DNA of 64,000 bases, taken from assembly GCA_020184695.1 (NCBI GenBank), contig JAANOX010000061.1, positions 186,001 through 250,000 of the forward strand. The letters are read 5' to 3'. Numbering within the stretch: position 1 is the stretch's first letter; every line of letters starts with the position of its first letter. Shown here one piece after another: positions 11,261 to 20,419 of this stretch. Made by a program: the position numbers and the translations under genes. This DNA is from Histomonas meleagridis 2922-C6/04-290x. Lineage: Eukaryota; Protista; Parabasalia. Under the pieces are notes generated by a model. It was given only the letters and a program-made list of their open reading frames with translations. It ran no database searches and had not been told where the DNA came from.

Positions 11261-11309
11261 CAAAGTCATTAATTTTAAATTATCATTTTATAATTTTATT
11301 TTTATATAA

Positions 11310-11684
11310 ATGGAGTTATTAATTCCAGAAGAATTTTTAAGATATAATATATCATTTTGTTTTGAAGATGAAGAATTCACTAACGCAAACACTATTATAG
11401 AAAATATATTTAGAATTTACGGCAAACAAAATTTTATAGAGTTTTACTTCGACTTTGACGAATCACAAACGTTTGACAATATAGTGTATCGCATTAGAAT
11501 AAAGAACATAAAATTTGGTGATTCAAGCATAACGTTTGAAATTCCCGTTTATATTTACGTTACTAACACAAAGCATAGAACGCTGACAAAGAACAATAAC
11601 AAAGTCGTTTATTTTACAAAAAACTATGAGACGTTCAGGAATGAAGATGGAGTCGTCATTAAATATTATTATTATTATTTTTAG
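11310..11684 (+). CDS. Element ORF124, unknown function (copy 1)
   Basis: Intact in both arms (partner 19360-19740); TATATAAATG start context. Confidence 0.7.
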   Translation: MELLIPEEFLRYNISFCFEDEEFTNANTIIENIFRIYGKQNFIEFYFDFDESQTFDNIVYRIRIKNIKFGDSSITFEIPVYIYVTNTKHRTLTKNNNKVVYFTKNYETFRNEDGVVIKYYYYYF

Positions 11685-11699
11685 TTGAAAAATCACTAA

Positions 11700-12075
11700 T
11701 TAAAAATCAATAATGAATACGTTGATTTTAGCATCAAACGTATAAAAATACTTCTTCCGTTCGTGTTATATCAATAATGATTATGTTGATTTAAAACAAG
11801 TGGATTTAAGTGCGAACGACTTAAAAATACTTCTTCCGTTTGTGTTATATAACTAATGATTACGTCGATTTAAAACATGTTGATTTAAGCGTGAACGACT
11901 TAAAAATACTTCTTATGTTTACTTATATGTTAATCCTATGTCGATTTTAGCATCAAATGCATAAAAATACTTCTTCTGTTTACTTATATGTTAATCCTAT
12001 GTCGATTTTAGCATCAAACGCTTAAAAAATACTTCTTCCGTTCGTGTTATATCAATAATGATTTCGTCGATTATA
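11700..12075. repeat. ~60-65-nt degenerate repeat array (AAAAATACTTCTT core); mirror at ~18960-19340
   Basis: Core motif recurs at least 6 times. Confidence 0.85.
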
Positions 12076-12517
12076 GAATTACTGTTAAAACATAAGGCGG
12101 TACGATTTGACCACCATCAATTTTTTAAAATTCTTTTGGTAACAAAGTAACGAGTCCCAGGTACCATTTATGTTTTTATATAAGTGTCGGACGACACCGC
12201 TCCCCGACATTAATTTTGATTTGTGACTTGGGACTGGGACCGATACATTTAACAGTATAATTAAGAAAAACATTGAACAAATCATAATAAATCGTTAATC
12301 CTTTGTCGAAACTAATAATTACCTCTTAAAAATACTTCTTCATTTACTGATGAATAACTAATGATACGTCGATTATAAAATTACTGTTAAAACATAAGAT
12401 GACAGGATCCTGTCGCCATGAATTTTTTAAATTTTATGACACTGTGCAATTTTGCACACCCTTGATTTTAAAGTTAATTTTTAAATCATTAATGTAAATT
12501 TTTTTACTGATTATAAA

Positions 12518-12817
12518 ATGAGTAAGTTAACAGTTGACCGCAAAAAAATAAAATACGAAAGAATCAAGTGATAGATTTTTATCGTTTGGTATGATACATT
12601 GAAAGATAGTTTAAAAAATATGAGCCGTTCAAAAATTCAAGAGCTTTATTTAAATGACTCTGGCGTCGCTGTCTCAAATAATTTTGTGGCACAAATATTT
12701 AAAAACGACTATTTGATAAAAGGGAACAAGGTTTATAGGTTATATGGCTTGATTAATGACGGCGTTAATGAAAACAAAGACGGAGAGAATGAAGAAGAAG
12801 ACAAAGAAATACATTAA
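12518..12817 (+). CDS. Small element ORF (~100 aa with one frameshift in an A7 run), acidic tail (copy 1)
   Basis: MSKLTVDRKK joins the IRKNQVIVFIVWYDTLKDSLKNMSRSKIQELY frame only if one base is added in the A-run; same in both arms. Confidence 0.55.
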
Positions 12818-12969
12818 CGAAAAGGATTATTTTGAAACGTGTCAAAACAAGAATTTTTTAGTGTGAATGACAAAAAAAAAAAAAAAAATAAAACGACAAA
12901 ATTAATTATAAAATATAAATTAAAAGTCATTCATGAGAAGAGAACGTAATTTATTTTTCTCTTCATTCT

Positions 12970-13508
12970 CTACAGCAACAAAAAAACTAACGCTTGAAAT
13001 AAAGCATCTGCCACGTCATCTTTCTTATCAAACGATTCGAAAGAACTTATACACTCATTTTTTTGTATTTTTTTCAAAAGAAATTACTTATCAATCGCAT
13101 ACTTAGTTTTTTTATGTTCTTTATTCTTTGTATTATAACTGATTTTTAATTTTGAAAATTTACTTTTTGGATCAAATAATATTATATCTTCAGGTTGAAC
13201 GTAATTTAGAGATATAGAAATAATGCTATACATTAAACAGCTCGCGATAATGTTTTGTTTTACTTGTCGTTCAATTATTATTTTATGAAAAGCATATTTT
13301 TCAGCAATAATTTCAAATATATTTTTTAATTGTAATGCTCTATCAATCGAAACTTGAAATTTTGACTTCGTTTTTGTTTAAATCAAACAATTTAATATCA
13401 ACGGATAGCTCGTTAAAGCCTTTGATGTAATCGGAAATGATTACAACAGCGAGATTTTTTTAATTCCAATATCAATTGAAACAATAACTTTTTTTGTTTT
13501 TTTTGCAT
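12970..13508 (-). CDS. Poxvirus A22/RuvC-like Holliday junction resolvase, frameshifted in homopolymer runs
   Basis: Manual translation across frames: VIVSIDIGIK(N)LAVV ... KIIIERQVKQN ... FDPKSKF ... KKDDVADALFQAL. These are the D, E and DD catalytic motifs of RuvC/A22 resolvases. Absent from the ORF track. Confidence 0.75.
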
Positions 13509-13869
13509 TTTTAATTAAATTAAAAAGTTATAAATGAAAAACATAAATAAGAACATAAATAAGAACTTTCAAACACAATCACTTAACGACAACGTAAATT
13601 TAAAACAAGTGATTTTTAAGCGTGAAATGACTTAAAAATTTGTTGTTCAGTAATTACAAAAAAACGATAATGAAGTACTCATTAACGACAACGTAAATTT
13701 AAAACAAGTATTTTTTTAAGCATAAATGACTTAAAATTTGATATTCAGTAATTATAAAACAATAATGATTTCATAAATACAATCACATTAACGGCAAACG
13801 TGAATTTGAAACAAGTATTTTTAAGTGTGAATGACTTAAAATTTGATATTCAGTAATTACAAAAACAAT

Positions 13870-15078
13870 AATGAAAATCATTTAACGACAAACGTAAATT
13901 TAAAACGTGTGGATTTGAGCGCTAGATGTTTAAATCTTGATGATTCATTCATCCGAAGTTATTGATTGTGTCGAAAAGTTCTTATTCTTGATGTTACATT
14001 TGTGATTGTGGAAAAAGTTAACCTCTTACAAACTCGAGTAAATCAGCGTTTTTCGGATGATTTGACGTGAATATTGCAAGTTTACTGCAGTTACTGAAAG
14101 GTTAACTTTTTTTGTTTTTTAACCTTGAATTTTTTATATATATTTTTTGATGAATGAAGTCTCATTAACGACTAAACGTGAATTTGAAACAAGTATTTTT
14201 CAGTAGAATGACAAGAAAATACAAGGACGTTTATGATATTATTAATTCTATGTTTGATTTTTTTTTTTTTTTTAATAATGACAAACTAACTAACTAACTA
14301 AAAAAGTTATTAGCTAAAGGAAATTTCAAATTGACGATTGAGTTTCTCCGTTCAGATGATTTGACGTGAATATTGAGTGTTTACGTGAGCTGCTGATGAT
14401 TCATTAACGACTAAACGTGAATTTAGAAACATGTATTTTTAAGTAAAATAACAAGAAAATACAAGGACGCGAATGATATATATTATTCCTATGTTTGTTT
14501 TTTCATAAAATAAATACTACCTGATAACTTGATATACCAGGTAGTTACCAGGTAATATTGCGATTAGCTAAAGGAAATTTCAAATTGACGATTGAGTTTC
14601 TCCGTTCAGATGATTTCACACGAATATTAAGTGTTTACGTGAGCTGTTAATAATCATTAACGTTAGAAATTGATTTAAAACAACAATTTTTTTAGCATAA
14701 ATGACTCATTTCCACATATCATTCAATGACTCATTAACGTGAATGTTGATTTTTACAAGTTTCTTGTTCTTCAATCTTCGGATAATAAATGATTGTGTCG
14801 AATGAATCTTATATTTTGTTCTTCGTTAATGATTGTGTCGAATGAATCTTATATTTTGTTCTTCGTTAATGATTGTATCAAATGAATCTTATATTTTGTT
14901 CTTCATTAATGATTGTGTCGAATGAATCTTATTTCTTGTTATTCATTAATGATTGTATCAAATGAATCTTATATTTTGTTATTCAATCTTCGGATAATAA
15001 ATGATTGTGTCGAATGAATCTTATTTCTTGATTCTCTGAAGATTTAAGTGTTTGATGTTGTCGTTGACGTTATAAAAT
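13870..15078. repeat. Left arm of inner ~1.2-kb inverted repeat (partner ~15677-16935), incl. 40-nt tandem array at ~14780-15030
   Basis: Direct reverse-complement match, e.g. 14521-14640 with 16120-16235. Confidence 0.92.
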
Positions 15079-15149
15079 ATTTTCTATTATGTTAATATAA
15101 TGATAAGTTCATTTTTAATATTATTTTTCATTTTTTTTATTTATATAAA

Positions 15150-15613
15150 ATGAGCTTTAAAAAGCATATTTCAGACGAAGAAGAAGAATATGAAGTTGTT
15201 GATTCAATTGAGCGAGAAGAAGAAATTATAACAGAAAATTTGATTCAAAAAAATCAAAACATTAAAACTAAACGAAAAAAATTAGAAATTTTTAAAAGAA
15301 AATAACTAATCCGGAATTTCATGACAAAAAGCAAATTTCAAAAGAAGACGACGAAGAAGAATATGAGCTTGAAACTTTAGCTGATCTTCCTTTCGATGCG
15401 ATTGAAGTCAGAGAATTTAAAAATTCAAAGTTTGAGAATTATTATTTTGATATTCGCGTTCATGGTTTTTATTTCTTTGATGGTATCCTTTATCATCGTT
15501 TGCGTGTGAATTATGACCGTTTGGGAAACGCTATTGTTTTCTTGCGTGATATTAATTACGGTTTGGTCATTGTGCGATTATCGGAATATTTTAAATTTGT
15601 GGGATTGCGCTGA
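15150..15613 (+). CDS. Acidic protein carrying the C-terminal domain of the element HNH proteins but no HNH motif (one frameshift)
   Basis: MSFKKHISDEEEEY...LADLPFDAIEVREFKNSKFENYYFDIRVHGFYFFDGILYHRLRVNYDRLGNAIVFLRDIN aligns by eye with FDEINEDSIEVREYNNYQFEDYYYDDETDAFYFWNGLQFRKLTICYNKRSYAFVNARDIN. Confidence 0.65.
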
Positions 15614-15676
15614 AACTTTTTATTTTTGTAATTTGTTCATCCGAACCGTTAGTTTTATTGTGAATAGAAGCATGAA

Positions 15677-16935
15677 TGTTTATAACGTCAACGACAACAT
15701 CAAACACTTAAATCTTCAGAGAATCAAGAAATAAGATTCATTCGACACAATCATTTATTATCCGAAGATTGAATAACAAAATATAAGATTCATTTGATAC
15801 AATCATTAATGAATAACAAGAAATAAGATTCATTCGACACAATCATTAATGAAGAACAAAATATAAGATTCATTTGATACAATCATTAACGAAGAACAAA
15901 ATATAAGATTCATTCGACACAATCATTAACGAAGAACAAAATATAAGATTCATTCGACACAATCATTTATTATCCGAAGATTGAAGAACAAGAAACTTGT
16001 AAAATCAACATTCACGTTAATGAGTCATTGAATGATATGTGGAAATGAGTCATTTATGCTCAAAAAAATTGTTTTTTTAAATCAATTTCTAACGTTAATG
16101 ATTATTAACAGCTCACGTAAACACTTAATATTCGTGTGAAATCATCTGAACGGAGAAACTCAATCGTCAATTTGAAATTTCCTTTAGCTAATCGCAATAT
16201 TACCTGGTAACTACCTGGTATATCAAGTTATCAGGTAGTATTTATTTTTATGAAAAAAACAAACATAGGATTAATATATATCATTCGCGTCCTTGTATTT
16301 TTTCTTGTCATTCTACTGAAAAAAATACATGTTTCTAAATTCACGTTTAGTCGTTAATGAATCATCAGCAGCTCACGTAAACACTCAATATTCACGTCAA
16401 ATCATCTGAACGGAGAAACTCAATCGTCAATTTGAAATTTCCTTTAGCTAATAACTTTTTTAGTTAGTTAGTTAGTTTGTCATTATTAAAATAATATGAA
16501 AAAAATCAAACATAGAATTAATAATATCATAAACGTCCTTGTATTTTCTTGTCATTCTACTGAAAAAAATACTTGTTTCAAATTCACGTTTAGTCGTTAA
16601 TGAGACTTCATCCATCAAAAAATATATATAAAAAATTCAAGGCTACCCAACAAAAAACGCTAACCTTTCAGTACCTGCAGTAACCTTGAAATATTCACGT
16701 CAAATCATCCGAAAAAAACGCTGATTTACTCGAGTTTGTAAGAGGTTAACTTTTTCGGGTTAAAAAAATATTTTTAAAAATTAAAAGATACTTTTTACAT
16801 CAAAACCTCAGTTAATAAGAACTTTTCGACACAATCACAAATGTAACATCAAGAATAAGAACTTTTCGACACAATCAATAACTTCGGATGAATGAATCAT
16901 CAAGATTTAAACATCTAGCGCTCAAATCCACATAT
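15677..16935. repeat. Right arm of inner inverted repeat
   Basis: Reverse complement of 13870-15078; runs into a 64-nt tandem repeat (16877, 16941, 17005). Confidence 0.9.
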
Positions 16936-17029
16936 CATCAAATAACTTCGGATGAATGAATCATCAAGATTTAAACATCTAGCGCTCAAATCCACATATC
17001 ATCAAATAACTTCGGATGAATGAATCATC

Positions 17030-17215
17030 AAAAAATATATATACAATTTTTGAAAATCACTCTTGGCAAGAATTTTATGATGAATTTTACAAAGAATATT
17101 ATGGTAGCCCGAAAAAGGGCGAGCAAGAGAAACAGCCAATTTATCAATTAAATAAAGGATTTTCTGTAAAGGAAAACTATTTAAGAGGAACATACGTAGA
17201 TCCGCGTTTAATAAA
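17030..17215 (+). pseudogene. KilA-N domain fragment
   Basis: IFENHSWQEFYDEFYKEYY...IYQLNKGF...RGTYVDPRLINY resembles the C-terminal half of KilA-N (GTYVHP-type motif); both ends truncated. Confidence 0.6.
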
Positions 17216-17594
17216 TTATACGAATGTTTTGTCGTTAATGATTCAGTAATTGAATATGTTTACATCTTATTATTATTGCGAAATCAATTTTTAAGTCATT
17301 TCGCGCTTAAATCCACACGTTTTAAATTTACGTTTGTCGTTAATGAAAAAACACGAACAGATAAAGTATTTTTAAGCGTTTGATGCGACATTCGACAAAG
17401 GAATTTATGATATATCATTATTTTGAAACAAGTTTACGTTCGTTCAATTTTTAAGCGGTTGATGTTTCATAAGGTACTGCATTTTTGCACGACCTCAACA
17501 ACTCCAGTAATTTAGCATTTTCCGAATGATTTTGAGATTTCAAAAATTAAGTTTAATTTTTAAAAAATTTAATTTTTTTATTTATATAAAAATA

Positions 17595-18149
17595 ATGAGC
17601 TGGATTGATTGTATTTGTGATTGTAATTATGAAATTTTTACAGAATTTCCTTTTCAGATTCGAAGAAAAAGTAATAAAAAAATTATAAAAGAATCAGTAA
17701 TGAATACAGGATATGTTCAATGTTACTTAAATAACAAATTATATCTCAAACACAGAATTATTGCAGAACAATTCATACCGAATCATGAAAATAAGCCATT
17801 TATTGATCATATAGATCATAATAAAACTAATAATAACATTAATAATCTCCGTTGGGTTTCTGCTTCAGAAAATTCAAAGAATAGAGCATCATATAGGAAA
17901 GATTTTGAGTATTTTGATGAAATCAATGAAGATTCAATTGAAGTTAGAGAGTATAATAATTATCAATTTGAGGATTATTACTATGACGACGAAACAGACG
18001 CGTTTTACTTTTGGAACGGTTTACAGTTCAGAAAATTAACAATCTGTTATAATAAGCGCAGTTATGCTTTCGTCAATGCACGCGACATAAATAATAAACA
18101 AGTCAGGATTTATTATGCAAAATTTAAGAAAATTTATGGCTTCGTTTAA
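17595..18149 (+). CDS. HNH endonuclease (HNH_3-like), 184 aa from the likely ATG
   Basis: FIDHIDHNKTNNNINNLRWVSASEN motif; intact ORF. Confidence 0.88.
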   Translation: MSWIDCICDCNYEIFTEFPFQIRRKSNKKIIKESVMNTGYVQCYLNNKLYLKHRIIAEQFIPNHENKPFIDHIDHNKTNNNINNLRWVSASENSKNRASYRKDFEYFDEINEDSIEVREYNNYQFEDYYYDDETDAFYFWNGLQFRKLTICYNKRSYAFVNARDINNKQVRIYYAKFKKIYGFV

Positions 18150-18234
18150 TTTACAAGTTATATTTTTCAATTAATTTTGTCATTCACACTAAAAAAATTC
18201 TTGTTTTTGACACGTTTCAAAATAATCCTTTTCG

Positions 18235-18533
18235 TTAATGTATTTCTTTGTCTTCTTCTTCATTCTCTCCGTCTTTGTTTTCATTAACGCCGTCATTAAT
18301 CAAGCCATATAACCTATAAACCTTGTTCCCTTTTATCAAATAGTCGTTTTTAAATATTTGTGCCACAAAATTATTTGAGACAGCGACGCCAGAGTCATTT
18401 AAATAAAGCTCTTGAATTTTTGAACGGCTCATATTTTTTAAACTATCTTTCAATGTATCATACCAAACGATAAAAACTATCACTTGATTCTTTCGTATTT
18501 TATTTTTTTGCGGTCAACTGTTAACTTACTCAT
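18235..18533 (-). CDS. Small element ORF (copy 2)
   Basis: Mirror of 12518-12817. Confidence 0.55.
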
Positions 18534-19359
18534 TTTATAATCAGTAAAAATTTACATTAATGATTTAAAATTAACTTTAAAATCAAGGGTGTGCAAAATT
18601 GCACAGTGTCATAAAATTTAAAAAATTCATGGCGACAGGATCCTGTCATCTTATGTTTTAACAGTAATTTTATAATCGACGTATCATTAGTTATTCATCA
18701 GTAAATGAAGAAGTATTTTTAAGAGGTAATTATTAGTTTCGACAAAGGATTAACGATTTATTATGATTTGTTCAATGTTTTTCTTAATTATACTGTTAAA
18801 TGTATCGGTCCGGGTCCCAAGTCACAAATCAAAATTAATGTCGGGAGTCGGAGCTCGCCGCCACTTATATAAAAACATAAATGGTACCTGGGACTCGTTA
18901 CTTTGTTACCAAAAGAATTTTAAAAAATTGATGGTGGTCGAATCATACCGCCTTATGTTTTAACAGTAATTTTATAATCGACGAAATCATTATTGATATA
19001 ACACGAACATAAGAAGTATTTTTATGCGTTTGATGCTAAAATCGACAGAGGATTAACATATTCACAGAATGAAAGAAGTATTTTTATGCATTTGATGCTA
19101 AAATCGACATAGGATTAACATATAAGTAAACATAAGAAGTATTTTTAAGTCGTTCACGCTTAAATCCACATGTTTTAAATCGACGTAATCATTAGTTATA
19201 TAACACAAACGGAAGAAGTATTTTTAAGTCGTTCGCACTTAAATCCACTTGTTTTAAATCAACATAATCATTAGTTATATAACACAAACGGAAGAAGTAT
19301 TTTTAAGCGTTTGATGCTAAAATCAACGTATTCATTATTGATTTTTAATTAGTGATTTC

Positions 19360-19740
19360 TCAATTAAAATAATAATAATAATAATATTTAATGACGACTC
19401 CATCTTCATTCCTGAACGTCTCATAGTTTTTTGTAAAATAAACGACTTTGTTATTATTCTTTGTCAGCGTTCTATGCTTTGTGTTAGTAACGTAAATATA
19501 AACGGGAATTTCAAACGTTATGCTTGAATCACCAAATTTTATGTTCTTTATTCTAATTCTATATACTATATTGTCAAACGTTTGCGCTTCGTCAAAGTCA
19601 AAGTAAAACTCTATAAAATTTTGTTTGCCGTAAATTCTAAATATATTTTCTATAATAGTGTTTGCGTTAGTGAATTCTTCATCTTCAAAACAAAATGATA
19701 TATTATATCTTAAAAATTCTTCTGGAATTAATAACTCCAT
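19360..19740 (-). CDS. Element ORF124 (copy 2, 126 aa)
   Basis: Mirror of 11310-11684. Confidence 0.7.
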   Translation of the reverse strand: MELLIPEEFLRYNISFCFEDEEFTNANTIIENIFRIYGKQNFIEFYFDFDEAQTFDNIVYRIRIKNIKFGDSSITFEIPVYIYVTNTKHRTLTKNNNKVVYFTKNYETFRNEDGVVIKYYYYYYFN

Positions 19741-20107
19741 TTATATAAAAATAAAATTATAAAATGATAATTTAAAATTAATGACTTTGGCGTTGATGTA
19801 AAGCTGATGATAAAGCTGAATGATAAGAACAAAAATGATGTGTCGAGAGTTCTTTAATTAATGCTTTTCGTTGAATGATAAGAACAAAAATGATGTGTCG
19901 AGAGTTCTTTAATTAATGCTTTTCGTTGAATGATAACGTTTATGTATATGTCGAAACTTCTTTAATTAATGCTTTCGTTGAATGATAAAGCTGATGATGA
20001 TAAAGCTGATGATAACGTTAATGCAAGATGTGTTTTTGAGCGTTGACAAAAATAATATTTAACACACAATATAAGTTTGACCTCCATAAATAACTGTTGG
20101 TATGTTA

Positions 20108-20329
20108 TCAGGTTTTTATTAAATAAGCTATATGACGAGATATTTTAATTCCAGTTTCTTTTTCAAAAGCTTCTCTTAAAAAATTCAATTGTGAACGTTT
20201 TGGAATTGTTTTTAAAATTTCTTTTATATCATCTCGCATTAGAAAATCAATATACAATCTTTTTTGATTTTTTGTTAATCTATGTTTTTTGTTATCTTCT
20301 GTGTTATTAATATCATTAATGGTTTCCAT
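20108..20329 (-). CDS. 73-aa basic protein, divergent from and abutting the primase gene; possible DNA binder
   Basis: TAAATG start, Lys/Arg-rich helical sequence; mostly deleted in the left arm. Confidence 0.5.
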   Translation of the reverse strand: METINDINNTEDNKKHRLTKNQKRLYIDFLMRDDIKEILKTIPKRSQLNFLREAFEKETGIKISRHIAYLIKT

Positions 20330-20419
20330 TTATTAGTCGTAAAAATATTAAAAATATGTTTTGTAATTAAGCTTAGTTTTAATGTTGTAATTACTTTTTT
20401 TAGCAGCATTAAAAAGAAT

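Larger units (their letters stand above)
7363..12880. repeat. Left arm of ~5.5-kb inverted repeat (partner 18177-23775)
   Basis: Near-identical reverse complements including primase-helicase, ORF124, small ORF and repeat arrays. Confidence 0.95.

Noticed and set aside
12541-12560. Programmed frameshift at the A7 run shared by both copies of the small ORF
   Set aside because: Not a standard slippery heptamer in frame; systematic homopolymer under-calling or a GTG start explains it equally well.
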